A DNA stretch of 64,000 bases from Bryobacterales bacterium (GCA_965237575.1 CBDEGI010000004.1:3541963-3605962), one strand, 5' to 3'; positions 45,691 through 55,521 are shown, counted from the first letter of the stretch. Notes: a model not told the origin generated them from the sequence alone. Numbers and translations: made by a program.

Positions 45691-46530
45691 GTGAACGCGA
45701 TCGAAATCGGCCCCGTCAAGATCGGCGGCGGCGCTCCGCTTGCCGTGATTGCCGGCCCTTGCGTGATCGAGTCGCGCGAGCACGCTCTGGCAACGGCGCG
45801 TGCGGTTCGCGAAGCGGCATCGGCGGCTGAGCTGCCAGTCATCTTCAAGGCCTCCTACGACAAGGCAAATCGCACCAGCCTCGGCTCCTTCCGCGGACCA
45901 GGCCCCGAAGAAGGGCTGGCGATTCTGGCTGACGTCAACAAGCAAACGGGCCTGCCCGTGCTGACCGACGTGCACGACGTTCGCCAGGTCGCCCCGGCCG
46001 CGCAGGTCTGTGACGTGCTCCAGATCCCGGCGTTCCTCTGCCGCCAGACCGACCTGCTCGTCGAAGCCGGGCGCAGCGGCCGGGCGGTCAACATCAAGAA
46101 AGGCCAGTTCCTCGCGCCTTGGGACATGCGCTACGCGGCCGACAAAGTCGCCTCGACGGGCAACGACCGCATTTTGCTCACCGAGCGGGGCACGACCTTC
46201 GGCTATGGCAACCTCGTGGTCGACTTCCGCGGCCTGCCGGTCATGCGGCAACTCGGATACCCCGTTGTGCTCGATGTAACGCACAGTCTGCAGCTACCCG
46301 GCGGCCGCCAAAGCTCGAGTGGCGGCCAGCCGGAGTTCATCGAGACTCTGGCGCGCGCGGGTGTGGCCGCCGGCGTGGACGCGTTGTTCTTCGAGGTCCA
46401 CGAACAGCCCGAGAAGGCGCTCTCCGACGGAGCGAACGCGCTGCGCCTCGATGAGTTCGCCGGGCTCCTCGGCCGGCTTGCAGAATTGGACCGGCTGGTG
46501 CGCTCCTGGCCCAGCGATACCGATGGATGA
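45691..46530 (+). CDS. kdsA: 3-deoxy-8-phosphooctulonate (KDO8P) synthase
   Basis: GTG start; FKASYDKANRTS, VLTDVHD, QIPAFLCRQTDL, NIKKGQFLAPWDM, DVTHSLQLPGG. Confidence 0.95.
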   Translation: MNAIEIGPVKIGGGAPLAVIAGPCVIESREHALATARAVREAASAAELPVIFKASYDKANRTSLGSFRGPGPEEGLAILADVNKQTGLPVLTDVHDVRQVAPAAQVCDVLQIPAFLCRQTDLLVEAGRSGRAVNIKKGQFLAPWDMRYAADKVASTGNDRILLTERGTTFGYGNLVVDFRGLPVMRQLGYPVVLDVTHSLQLPGGRQSSSGGQPEFIETLARAGVAAGVDALFFEVHEQPEKALSDGANALRLDEFAGLLGRLAELDRLVRSWPSDTDG

Positions 46531-46604
46531 ACAATCTGTACGCAAGCCTTGCTGCCCGCCCGACGTCCCGGCCTGACGCGACCGTGCCATTCAACGCTTC
46601 AGAG

Positions 46605-46624
46605 GCGCGGACGGAAGTCCGCGC
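46605..46624 (+). terminator. GC hairpin with tetraloop about 75 nt after kdsA (weak terminator candidate)
   Basis: gcgcggac-ggaa-gtccgcgc followed by tt. Confidence 0.3.
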
Positions 46625-46682
46625 TTGCGCTAGGGCACTCGCATGCCCTCACCTCCGTTAGACTCGACATAAGGAGAAGAGC

Positions 46683-47288
46683 ATGCCCGACAACAGCACC
46701 CCCATCCGCATCGTCGCCATGATTGGCAGCGCGAGGGCGGGGAACAACACCGCCAAGGCCATGGCGCTCGTCGTGGACGAGCTGGGCAAGCACGATGATG
46801 TCGCGGTCGAGGTGGTCGACCCCGCTCAACTCGACCTCCGTCTTCCCGGATCACAAGATGCCGCAACGATGGACGCGTTGAAGGAGAAAGTTACGGCCGC
46901 CACCGGCGTTATCTTCGCCACGCCCGAATACCACGGCAGTTACAGCAGCGTCATCAAGCTACTGATCGAACACCTGGGCTTCCCGTCGGTGATGAGTGGG
47001 AAGCCGGTCGCGCTGTTGGGAGTCGCCGCCGGGGCGATCGGTGCCATCAAGGCGCTGGAGCACCTGCGCAGCGTCTGCTCGCATGTGGGAGCGATCGTGC
47101 TGCCGGGGCCGGCCTCAATCGCCGGGGTACACAAAGTGTTCGATGAAGACGGCCGCTGCCTCAACCCGGCCGCCGAGAAGCGCATTCGAGGCGTTGCCAC
47201 CCACCTCGTCGATTACATTCGCGGGGCGATCTGTCCGCGAGTCTGCCTGGAAGAGATGGTCCGCGGTGAGCCGGTGCCGCGAGCGTAA
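46683..47288 (+). CDS. NAD(P)H-dependent FMN reductase family protein
   Basis: IVAMIGSARAGNNTAKA...FATPEYHGSYSSVIKLLIEHL. Confidence 0.85.
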   Translation: MPDNSTPIRIVAMIGSARAGNNTAKAMALVVDELGKHDDVAVEVVDPAQLDLRLPGSQDAATMDALKEKVTAATGVIFATPEYHGSYSSVIKLLIEHLGFPSVMSGKPVALLGVAAGAIGAIKALEHLRSVCSHVGAIVLPGPASIAGVHKVFDEDGRCLNPAAEKRIRGVATHLVDYIRGAICPRVCLEEMVRGEPVPRA

Positions 47289-47334
47289 CGGCGGGGACCT
47301 TCCCCGGCGTTCTTGACCGCTCTTCGTTTCTACG

Positions 47335-47646
47335 CTATCGCTCTCGCCTGTTCTGGCCACCAAGCCTGAGAAAGCTGATCAGCTCCACGAATGGGTATGC
47401 GAGCAAGGAGTAGAAGCCGAGATTAAACACGAGAACGAAGTATCCGAACAGCGTGGTGCGGAGTCCACCAGTATGAATTCCCTGAGGAGCGAACAGGCCG
47501 CCTGCCAACATGCCAGGCAGTAGCACGTACCCGACGACGGCACTGCTGCGTGGGAAAAATCTCTCCACAAGTAGTGGTAGCGGTATCGAGACAATTAGAC
47601 CGACGAGCAAGCACCATAAGATTGTCTTCTGCCCTACTGAAAGCAT
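47335..47646 (-). CDS. Small integral membrane protein (3 predicted TM helices)
   Basis: 103-aa hydrophobic ORF with no recognised family. Its local GC is lower than that of its neighbours. Confidence 0.5.
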   Translation of the reverse strand: MLSVGQKTILWCLLVGLIVSIPLPLLVERFFPRSSAVVGYVLLPGMLAGGLFAPQGIHTGGLRTTLFGYFVLVFNLGFYSLLAYPFVELISFLRLGGQNRRER

Positions 47647-47769
47647 GATTCGCAGCTTTCTGGAGGAACCTGCTCTTCTTCGAGCTCCTCGATATTGTTG
47701 ATAACAACTTCGCGCCTGCGGCTCCGCCCGAGTTAGCCAAGTCGCGGCAAGCAGCTCCCAACGCCACTT

Positions 47770-48474
47770 CTAACGCGTCGTTTCGACGAACTCCAGCCGC
47801 CCATCGAGCAGTTCCGCCCGGAGCGGGAACCGCTGTGCCAGCTCCGCGCTGTGAGTCACCGCAATCAGAATCGTGTTTTCTTCTCGGTGAAGATCGAGCA
47901 GCAAGTCGGCAACAGCCCCGGCCGTATGCCGGTCGAGATTGCCAGTCGGCTCATCGGCGAGGATGAGTGGAGCCCGGTTGATCAGCGCCCGGGCGATCGC
48001 GACGCGCTGGCGTTCGCCCCCCGACAGCTCGGCCGGACGGTGCTCGGCCCGATCGCTTAAGCCCACGCGATCGAGCAGCTGCCGCGCCCGTTCCTCGGCG
48101 TCCGACCCGGCCCCGCCGGCACCGGGCGCCATGGTGGGAATCAGCACATTTTCAAGAGCCGAGCACTGCGGCAGCAGGTGATGCTCCTGGAAGACAAACC
48201 CAACCTGCTGGTTGCGAAACGCCGCAAGTTCGGCCTCGGGTAGCGCGAACGGATCGCGGGCGCCGACCGTCACCGCGCCGCGCGTGGGTTTCTCGAGCGC
48301 GCCGAGCATATAGAGCAGCGTGCTCTTTCCCGAGCCCGACGGTCCCATGATGGCCAGCGCCTCGCCGCGCCGCATCTCGAACGACACATCGCGAACCACC
48401 ACCAGCGGCTCGCTCGGCGTCGGATATTCCTTATAGAGATCAACAACCGCGAGTTCAGCAGGCTGCGGGGTCAT
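47770..48474 (-). CDS. ABC transporter ATP-binding protein (LolD/MacB/FtsE-like)
   Basis: Walker A GPSGSGKST, signature LSGGERQRVAIARAL, Walker B ILADEPTGNLD. Confidence 0.9.
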   Translation of the reverse strand: MTPQPAELAVVDLYKEYPTPSEPLVVVRDVSFEMRRGEALAIMGPSGSGKSTLLYMLGALEKPTRGAVTVGARDPFALPEAELAAFRNQQVGFVFQEHHLLPQCSALENVLIPTMAPGAGGAGSDAEERARQLLDRVGLSDRAEHRPAELSGGERQRVAIARALINRAPLILADEPTGNLDRHTAGAVADLLLDLHREENTILIAVTHSAELAQRFPLRAELLDGRLEFVETTR

Positions 48475-48506
48475 GCTGTCCTTGTTAGAGCCACCGTAAC
48501 GATCGT

Positions 48507-48929
48507 CTATTGCTCTCGCGGGACGATCACGAAGCTTCGATCTCGTCGAAAGCGGTAAACCGAGAAATCTCTGCGATCGAGCGTGAAGATGACATCGATG
48601 CCTTCACGCTCCGCGAGATACACCAAAGCCGCGTCGGCCAACTGTGCGCCTAGCTTTTGGTAACGCCCAACGAACTCGGCGATCCACGGAAAGCAAGCTG
48701 CATCAAGATCCGCGACTCGAAAGAGCTCATCCTCTAAGCTTTTGAAAAGCCTGCGGAGCCCGAGAGGTTGGTGGCGCAACAGCCAAGCCGCTTCCGTAAC
48801 AACCGGCCAGCACGTTAAAAGCGGCGTCTTGATGCTGCGCAGCTCTTCCATGCAGATCTCGTGATGAGAATCCCGGGTCGATGCGATCGCGACCATCGGC
48901 CCAGCGTCCACCAGAACCTGCTGCCTCAT
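48507..48929 (-). CDS. vapC: PIN-domain toxin (VapC-like)
   Basis: 140-aa ORF with N-terminal VLVDAGPMVA and acidic residues spaced as in a PIN domain. It overlaps the upstream RHH gene by 4 bp. Confidence 0.8.
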   Translation of the reverse strand: MRQQVLVDAGPMVAIASTRDSHHEICMEELRSIKTPLLTCWPVVTEAAWLLRHQPLGLRRLFKSLEDELFRVADLDAACFPWIAEFVGRYQKLGAQLADAALVYLAEREGIDVIFTLDRRDFSVYRFRRDRSFVIVPREQ

Positions 48930-49177
48930 GAACGTCCGAATCCTTCGAAGTGGTCCGGGTTCGTGCTCAAGTCGGGTGGCGCGTCCTTGACGCAGCCGAG
49001 GAATTTCAGCCGTTTCGCGACATCATAGGCACTCTCGCCCTGATCGCGCGAGGCGAGATACTGCACCAGCGCCTCGCGAACTAGCTCAGACTCGCGTTTC
49101 CCACTCGCGACGGCTTCCGCCGCCAAGTTGGCTCGAAGCTCCTCGCCGATTCTGATTGAGATGCGATTGGATGGCAT
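48926..49177 (-). CDS. Ribbon-helix-helix (CopG-like) antitoxin
   Basis: ISIRIGEELRANLAAEAVASGKRESELVREALVQYL. Confidence 0.8.
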   Translation of the reverse strand: MPSNRISIRIGEELRANLAAEAVASGKRESELVREALVQYLASRDQGESAYDVAKRLKFLGCVKDAPPDLSTNPDHFEGFGRS

Positions 49178-49238
49178 GGCTAGCTCCTGTCTGACATTCT
49201 ACAATACTGTCGGACACAAGGCACCTCGCCCCGTGGGT

Positions 49239-49679
49239 TCATCGTTCAGCCCCCTCCCGCGCAAACGGCGCTACCTCCAACAACTCGTCTAACGCCTTCG
49301 GGATCGGCGCGGACTTCATCCTGTCATTCTCATCCTTCGTCACGCACGCCACAATCATCCGGCCGTGCGCCACCTCCTCGCCGTCATGCTTGAAGGAAAA
49401 CTCATACCCGAGCGACGACCGGCCCTTCTTGAAGACCCACAGGTGGATGTCCAACTCGTCGCTGTAGGTCACCGTCTTGATGAAGTCGCATTCGGCGTGG
49501 ACGCGCGGGGCCATGATTCCGTACCGCCTGCGGGTCTCCAGGTGCCCAAGCCCCAGCGAGTGCAGAAACTCGGCCTCGGTCTCTTCCATGTAACGGAAGT
49601 AGTTCGTGAAGTGGATGATGCCGGCCATGTCGGTTTCCTGCCAGTAGATCCGCCGCCGGTGATGGAATTCAAAAACCAT
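49239..49679 (-). CDS. Acyl-CoA thioesterase, 4HBT/YbgC-like hotdog fold
   Basis: RIYWQETDMAGIIHFTNYFRYMEETEAEFLHSLG. Confidence 0.85.
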   Translation of the reverse strand: MVFEFHHRRRIYWQETDMAGIIHFTNYFRYMEETEAEFLHSLGLGHLETRRRYGIMAPRVHAECDFIKTVTYSDELDIHLWVFKKGRSSLGYEFSFKHDGEEVAHGRMIVACVTKDENDRMKSAPIPKALDELLEVAPFAREGAER

Positions 49680-49826
49680 ACTCCTCAGATCTCCTTCGAC
49701 TACCTACGCAACCGAGCCGTGACCGTCAGGGAGCGGTCCGGCACGAACCTTCCCTTCCCTCCAAAGCCGCTAGACCCGAAATAACAGTCGGGCTTCAAGA
49801 GATCACTCCCGTTGAGAATAGCGGAC

Positions 49827-51146
49827 CTACAAAGCTGTTTCGTGAGAACCACTCAGCCCCCGATAGACGCCCAACATCTCCTCGGCCATGTGCCGGTTGC
49901 TGAAACGCGCACGAACGACGTCCTGTCCCTGCCTACCCATCGCCGCGGCTTCTTCTGGATTCTCCAGCAGCCGCTCCAGGCACCCAGCGAGGTTTTGTAC
50001 GTCTTCAGGTTCAAACAACAGCCCACCGCCCGTCGCCTCAATCCACTCGGGGAACACGCCCAGCCGCGGCTCGACGACCGGGACGCCGCTCGCCAACGCC
50101 TCCAGCACATACGCCCCCTTGGGCGCGCGATAGCAAGCCGGCACGCAAAGCACGTCAAGGCTCTTGAGGAAGTCGAGCTTGGCCTCGCGGTCAATCGTCC
50201 CCAGGTATTCGAAATCATCCTCGAACCCCCACGCCCGAATCTGCCTGCGCACTTCCTCGAGATAGGGGCCATGCTCGGCCCCGAGCCATCCCGCCACCCG
50301 CAGGCGAATACGGGCTTCCGCCGCAGGCTGCCTCGATCGCAAATGATGCACAGCTTCCGCCAGCAAGTGCAAGCCCTTCTCCGGACAGACCCGCGCCAAG
50401 TAGCCGACCACAAACTCGCTCGCGTTCCTCCGAGGTTCCACGGATGGCGCCCCCTCGAATCCCGACAGATCGATACCGGGACGCACCACCCGAATCGCCT
50501 CCTCCTCCACACCCAGCAAAGGTGCCATGGCGGCGGCGTGATCGTGGCACGGTGCAACGAACACGTCGACCGACTCAGCCGCCTTACGCAACGCCTCGAA
50601 AGCGCGCTCTTGATGCGGCGACGCCAGCTTCGAGAGAAAGTAGTCCTCGCCCTGCAGCGAACACACCACCGGGATCTCCAACTCCCGCCGCACCGCCGGC
50701 GCAATGCCCCCAAGCATCGAGTTCGTCAAATGGACCACGTCCGGACGCCACGACCCGAGCCACTCCACCAACCGGCCGACCTCCTTCGCATGCGGCCCGT
50801 CGGCCCCTTCGATCACGGACACGGTCAATCCGCCCAGCTTTTCCGGCTGCGTCTTGACGGCGCGCTGCGCCACCCAGCCGAGCAGCGCCGGATGGTCCCA
50901 CAGCCGCTTGACGAAACCCGGCGCGTGACGCAGGAACGGCAGGTAACTCTGCAGATAGACGTTGATGCCGCCCAGGAAGACGCGGTCGAGGCTGACGTTC
51001 TCCTCGTCGGTGCGAATCGGCGTATAGGTCGGGATGAGCTGAACGTCATGCCCGAGACCGATCAGCGCCCGCGCCAGCGTGTTATCGCGCAGACAGTTGC
51101 CGCAGATCATCCCCCCGGCGCCCGCCGTAATATAGGCGATCTTCAT
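49827..51146 (-). CDS. Glycosyltransferase family 4 (GT-B)
   Basis: MKIAYITAGAGGMICGNCLRDN... and C-terminal EALASGVPVVEPRLGVFPE. The + ORF 49812..51374 is a shadow. Confidence 0.9.
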   Translation of the reverse strand: MKIAYITAGAGGMICGNCLRDNTLARALIGLGHDVQLIPTYTPIRTDEENVSLDRVFLGGINVYLQSYLPFLRHAPGFVKRLWDHPALLGWVAQRAVKTQPEKLGGLTVSVIEGADGPHAKEVGRLVEWLGSWRPDVVHLTNSMLGGIAPAVRRELEIPVVCSLQGEDYFLSKLASPHQERAFEALRKAAESVDVFVAPCHDHAAAMAPLLGVEEEAIRVVRPGIDLSGFEGAPSVEPRRNASEFVVGYLARVCPEKGLHLLAEAVHHLRSRQPAAEARIRLRVAGWLGAEHGPYLEEVRRQIRAWGFEDDFEYLGTIDREAKLDFLKSLDVLCVPACYRAPKGAYVLEALASGVPVVEPRLGVFPEWIEATGGGLLFEPEDVQNLAGCLERLLENPEEAAAMGRQGQDVVRARFSNRHMAEEMLGVYRGLSGSHETAL

Positions 51147-51173
51147 CGCAGCACGAACATCAACGCCTTGCTA

Positions 51174-51205
51174 CGTAGGGCGCACGGCATGCCGTGCCCG
51201 CGCCG
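51174..51205 (+). repeat. REP-a hairpin element, copy 4
   Basis: cgtagggcgcacggcatgccgtgcccgcgcc. Confidence 0.6.
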
Positions 51206-51363
51206 CGACCGGCATCCTGGTCCGCCCTCGATCCACCAGTCCAAACCGGTCGCCCCGGCCCGTGGCACACGCCCGTGGCGTGCCGAGCCCCGCTCGGCTC
51301 TTGTCCCTCGTTCGCCGAGACCTGTTCTAGAAAAGCGCACGACCGCCTGCTCGGGCAGCCGCG

Positions 51364-51475
51364 AAGCGGCGTAGGATGTTAGCCCAGGGTGAAGCCCGTG
51401 AGGGCGCAACCCTGGGTACCCACCCATTCAGACCGGGAGCCCTGAAAGGGCGTTGGAAAAGCGGCCAGGCGCCGA
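51364..51475 (+). repeat. REP-c element (~112 bp), copy 2
   Basis: ggcagccgcgaagcggcgtaggatgttagcccagggtga...aaccctgggta...cgggagccctgaaagggcgttggaaaagc; inverted relative to 12494..12606. Confidence 0.7.
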
Positions 51476-51480
51476 CTCTC

Positions 51481-53043
51481 TCAGTCCGCCGCCACCCCTT
51501 CCTCAAGCGGCAGCCGCGACGAATCACGCCGAGGCGGGAAGAAATTCCGCAACGTTTTCTCCGACGGTGCCTCGGTCACCAACGACACTCCCACCATCGC
51601 AACCAGCGACGCCGCAAAAATCGTCGCCACCGGCATCATCCCCAGGAACAGGAACCCGCGATCTACCCCGTAGCCGCTTTCCCGGAACAGCAGGAACCAA
51701 ACGGCCGCCATCGTTACCACCGACGCGATCGCTCCCGCCTTCGTCGCGCGCCGCCAATAGAGCGACAGGAACACCAGCGGGAACAAGCTCGCGAAGCCGC
51801 TGAAGCACCACACGCCCAGCGTGAAGACCGCCCGCGGCTCCGCCAGCGACAGCAGGTAGGTGATCCCGACGATCGCGATGATGAAGATCCGCGCCAGCTT
51901 CACGCGCTGCTTGTCGTCAAACCGGCCCTCGCCGAAGTGGTGGATCACAATGTCGTTCGTGAACATCGTGCCCAGGCAGAAGAACTGCGAATCGAGCGAC
52001 GACATGATCGCCGCCAGAATCCCCGCCCCCAGCAGGCCCCCCAGCGCAGGGCCCGTCAGCTTGGCGACCATGATGGCGAGTTCCGTGTTGGGCCGCGTGT
52101 CTTCGGGCACCACCAACGACCCGTCCCCCATCGTCGCCGACGTCGCCCACACGCCGATCAGCACGCAAGGCACCCACACCAGCATGATGAAAATCGGGTG
52201 TGCCACCACGGTGAGGCGGAAGGTTTTGGCGGAGCGTGCTGTCAGCCAATGCTGGAACAGGTGCGGGAACATCCCCACCGACAGCGGGATGAAGCAATAC
52301 GTTAGGAAGTGTAACTGTGTGATCTCCTCGCCCCGCATCAGGCGCTCGGGATGCGTTTCGAGCACCTTCGCGCTCGCCGCCGTCAGCCCGCCCAGCGCCG
52401 ACGAAATCACCCAGAAGGCGATAATGCCGGTGACCATGAACACGCATGTCTGAAACGTATGGGCCCAGGCGGCGGCCCGCAAGCCGCCGTAGAAGATATA
52501 GAACAGCACGACGCCGCAGATCACCAGCCCGGTCAGCCACGGCGGCACCGCACCGCCGGTTTCCGGAAAGACATCCGGCGCGGCGCCCCCCGTCAGGGCC
52601 AACACCACGGCGCGCGCTCCCAGCAGCCCGGTCAGCAGATACGGAATGACCAGGCCCACCAGGATGGGGAACAGCATCGTCCCGAGCGCATCACTTTCAA
52701 AGCGGCTGCGAAAGTACTGCACCTGCGTGACGAACCCACAGCGTTTGCCGAGCGCCCACAGCTTGATCCCCACGAAGAAGAACACCGCCGCGTGGATCAG
52801 CCCCGACCACGACGCCATCATGCCGTAGACGCCGATGCCGGCCCGATAGGCCTCGCCCGAACTGCCCACGAGCGCGAAGGCGGTCATCGTGGTCCCGAAC
52901 ACCGACATCAGCAGGATCACCGGACCGATCGAGTGACTCGCCAGGAAGTAGTCCTTCGCCGTGCCGCGGAAGAATCGGTTGCTCGCCAGCCCGAGAGCCA
53001 GCAACACGGAAAGATAGACCGCCATTACGACAAGCTGCGTCAT
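51481..53043 (-). CDS. Sodium:solute symporter (SSF) family transporter
   Basis: 520-aa polytopic ORF with SSS-like helices. It is coupled by a 4-bp overlap to the DUF3311 gene. Confidence 0.9.
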   Translation of the reverse strand: MTQLVVMAVYLSVLLALGLASNRFFRGTAKDYFLASHSIGPVILLMSVFGTTMTAFALVGSSGEAYRAGIGVYGMMASWSGLIHAAVFFFVGIKLWALGKRCGFVTQVQYFRSRFESDALGTMLFPILVGLVIPYLLTGLLGARAVVLALTGGAAPDVFPETGGAVPPWLTGLVICGVVLFYIFYGGLRAAAWAHTFQTCVFMVTGIIAFWVISSALGGLTAASAKVLETHPERLMRGEEITQLHFLTYCFIPLSVGMFPHLFQHWLTARSAKTFRLTVVAHPIFIMLVWVPCVLIGVWATSATMGDGSLVVPEDTRPNTELAIMVAKLTGPALGGLLGAGILAAIMSSLDSQFFCLGTMFTNDIVIHHFGEGRFDDKQRVKLARIFIIAIVGITYLLSLAEPRAVFTLGVWCFSGFASLFPLVFLSLYWRRATKAGAIASVVTMAAVWFLLFRESGYGVDRGFLFLGMMPVATIFAASLVAMVGVSLVTEAPSEKTLRNFFPPRRDSSRLPLEEGVAAD

Positions 53044-53291
53044 TCGGCGGAGCCCTCCCCGCTCTTGGCGAAATCGTCTGGCTTGCCTTCAGCGAAGGCC
53101 TCCACGTCATGGGGCCAGGCGTAGCGGAGCGCCAAGTACCAAAGGAACGCGGCCACCAGCGAGTAGACCGCGTGGTAGGCCAGCCCCACCGGTAGAAACC
53201 CGAACACGAGCGTCGTCGAGTCCCAGAGCCAGAAGTCCTGGTGCAGGACGCCAAGCGCGATCAGCGCGGCATACACAGCCTTTTTCTTCAT
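53040..53291 (-). CDS. DUF3311 small membrane protein (SSS partner)
   Basis: Internal ATG at 53291: MKKKAVYAALIALGVLHQDFWLWDSTTLVFGFLPVGLAYH. Confidence 0.8.
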   Translation of the reverse strand: MKKKAVYAALIALGVLHQDFWLWDSTTLVFGFLPVGLAYHAVYSLVAAFLWYLALRYAWPHDVEAFAEGKPDDFAKSGEGSAE

Positions 53292-53456
53292 CGAGAATCC
53301 CGAGAGCCCAGCGGCAACCGTAGCCGCCGCTTGAGCAGGAAATAGTCTACCATCCCGCACCGCTGCGGACAGGCGCCGCCTCTTCCCAAAGTCGAACGTA
53401 AGCCACAGGCGACCGCTTCGTTCCCCAATCCAACGTGACCGTGCCCGACCCGACAC

Positions 53457-53500
53457 TCAGAGCCTCGGGCGGGAGCCCGCGTTGAGCCATCGCTCAACAC
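53457..53500 (+). repeat. REP-b hairpin element, copy 2
   Basis: tcagagcctcgggcgggagcccgcgttgagccatcgctcaacac; the tail gttgagccatcgctcaa is identical to that of copy 3. Confidence 0.65.
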
Positions 53501-53626
53501 CGCGCTAGCTGCGCGGCTGACGGTTCCAGCGTTATTTCACGCCTTCCAGACCCACGACCACCTCCGGCCCGCCTCAACCGCGCCACCGCCCACAACTGAG
53601 CGGGCGCGCGGGCTCAGCCCGCGCCG

Positions 53627-53664
53627 CGGACGGGAGGGGCTGTGAAAAAATTGGGGACTGTCAC
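53627..53664 (+). repeat. REP-e element (GTGAAAAAAT core), copy A
   Basis: cggacgggaggggctGTGAAAAAATtggggactgtcac. Confidence 0.6.
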
Positions 53665-53713
53665 AAGCGGCGGGACATAAGTCTCCTATCTTCAACGTCC
53701 GTCAGGCCGCGGC

Positions 53714-53750
53714 TGACTGTCCAGCATTTTTTCACGGCCCCGGAGTCCGC
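53714..53750 (-). repeat. REP-e element, copy B (inverted; forms a long hairpin with copy A)
   Basis: The reverse complement reads gcggactccggggccGTGAAAAAATgctggacagtca. Confidence 0.6.
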
Positions 53751-53772
53751 GGTTCCCCCTCGGTGCAACCTG

Positions 53773-54093
53773 ATGCATCCGACCACGGGCTGCCTGAGGG
53801 CCAACGTCGCCCCGGCGATGGGAGGCGAAATCCGCAAGACCCGCCCGGTCGTGATCGTGAGTCGCGATGCCTCCAACCGCCATCTCAATCGGGTCCAAGT
53901 CGTCCCGTTGACCAGCAGCACGACAAAGCTTTACCCTTGCGAGGCCTACGTCAGCCTCGGGAAGCAGACCGCGAAGGCCGACCAGCTTACGACGGTCTTG
54001 CAAAAACGCCTCCGCAACCACATCGGCCTTCTTTCTCCCGAAGACATGGACAGCGTCGACCGCATCATCCGCCTCCAACTCGATCTGGCTTGA
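53773..54093 (+). CDS. mazF: MazF/PemK-family endoribonuclease toxin, with no adjacent antitoxin gene
   Basis: 106-aa ORF; GGEIRKTRPVVIVSRDASNRHLNRVQVVPLTSS...KADQLTTV. Confidence 0.8.
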   Translation: MHPTTGCLRANVAPAMGGEIRKTRPVVIVSRDASNRHLNRVQVVPLTSSTTKLYPCEAYVSLGKQTAKADQLTTVLQKRLRNHIGLLSPEDMDSVDRIIRLQLDLA

Positions 54094-54128
54094 CCCATCC
54101 CTAACAGCCGACGCCGCACTTCCCCTCA

Positions 54129-54160
54129 CGGACGCGCAGGTGTGAAAAAATCGGGCCTGT
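54129..54160 (+). repeat. REP-e element, copy C
   Basis: cggacgcgcaggtGTGAAAAAATcgggcctgt. Confidence 0.55.
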
Positions 54161-54304
54161 TAATTCGGCCTCTTCTTCCACCTTTCCGAAGGGACCGGCG
54201 CCGTGCTCTTCTGCCCCTGCGGCGAGCGCACGGGTTTAACCAGCGCCGCCGCCCCATACAGGCGTTGTCCTGCCCGAGTGGTAGTGTAGGGGTTTTGCTA
54301 CCCC

Positions 54305-54508
54305 ATGACCTTTGATCAGGTCCGCAAGCGTACTATCATCGCCCTGTTTTCAGACGATCAGCTGATGGATCAGCTTGTCCTCAAGGGCGGAAACGCACTG
54401 AGCCTCATTCATGGAGTCAGCTCTCGCACGTCCCCAGACCTCGATTTTTCGCTGACGGGAGACTTCGAGGATTTCGAACAAGCCAAGCGAAGGATTTTTC
54501 GCGTCCTC
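54305..54508 (+). pseudogene. N-terminal ~68-codon fragment of an AbiEii/AbiGii (DUF1814) nucleotidyltransferase toxin gene
   Basis: MTFDQVRKRTIIALFSDDQLMDQLVLKGGNALSLIHGVSSRTSPDLDFSLTGDFEDFEQAK, after which the frame runs into transporter DNA. Visibly more AT-rich than the flanking sequence. Confidence 0.65.
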
Positions 54509-54509
54509 A

Positions 54510-55512
54510 CTCCCCAAGGTCTACGCCGCCTCGCTCGTCGTGATGGCCGTCGCCTTCTTTCTGTTCACGCACACTAAGCTGGCGGCCGGCGGCCAATCCA
54601 AGACGCTCGGCGAGCGCCTGTCACCCCTAAAGCACGCGCGCGTGTGGCGATTCGGCCTCTATTACTTCCTCGTCTTCGGCGGCTTCGTCGCACTGGCGCA
54701 GTGGCTTATCCCCTACTACGTGAATGTCTACGCGATGAGCGTGGCGATGGCCGGTTTCATGGCGTCGATCTTCAGCTTGCCGTCGGGTGTTATCCGCGCG
54801 GCGGGAGGCTGGATGTCCGACAAATTCGGGCCCCGCCCGGTGATGCAGTGGGTGCTGGGCTCGTGCGTGCTGTGTTGCGGCCTGTTGGTGATTCCGCAGA
54901 TGGACATCTCGTCACCCGGCAGCGGCGTGATGGCCCGTAGCGCGGGTGTTGTTCAGTCCGTTGAAGATGGGCGCTGCCCATCACGATCGTCGCCACGTTG
55001 GGTCTGATGAAGCTGATCCCGGGCGAGGTGGCTGTGGGGTTGAAGCGGCAATTCAGCATCTTCAACGCCAAGCACAACTGGATCATGACCTGGCTCTACA
55101 TCATGACCTTTGGTTCGTTCATCGGCTTCTCGATGGCGTTCCCGCTGCTGATCCGGGTCGTGTTCGGTACGATGGCCGACGGCCAGACCGCCAATCCCGA
55201 GGCCCCGAACCCCTTCACCTACGCCTGGCTCGGGCCGCTAGTAGGTTCGTTGATTCGTCCCGTGGGCGGATGGCTCTCCGACAAGTGGACTGGCGCCAAG
55301 GTGACACAGCTTTCGACAGCCGTGATGATCCTCTCCACCCTGGGCGTCGCCCACTACGTCAAGCTGGCCAACGGCTCGGACACGCCACAGGAATTCTTCT
55401 TTCCGTTCCTGGCTCTGTTCTTGATGCTGTTTCTCACCAGCGGCATCGGCAACGGCTCGACGTTCCGCATGATCGGCGTCATCTTCGAGCCGGCGCAGGC
55501 CGGGCCGGCCGG
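54510..55512 (+). pseudogene. Two non-contiguous fragments of a NarK/NasA-type MFS nitrate/nitrite transporter gene, in different frames
   Basis: Fragment A (frame of ORF 54540) reads PKVYAASLVVMAVAFFLF...RFGLYYFLVFGGFVALAQWLIPYYV...AAGGWMSDKFG. Fragment B (frame of ORF 54998, open from 54965) reads [31 protein letters not shown]...GGWLSDKW...[16 protein letters not shown]. Confidence 0.7.
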
Positions 55513-55521
55513 CCTCAATCT

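Noticed and set aside
49812-51374. 520-aa plus-strand ORF, the longest ORF in this region.
   Set aside because: Extremely Arg/Pro/His-rich junk lying antisense to a clear GT4 glycosyltransferase (49827..51146).
54150-54240. Integron attC-like core sites (GTTAATT ... GTTTAAC) between mazF and the AbiEii fragment.
   Set aside because: One core site has a mismatch to GTTRRRY/RYYYAAC. The order and orientation of the two sites is wrong for a single attC on either strand. No intI or further cassettes are present.
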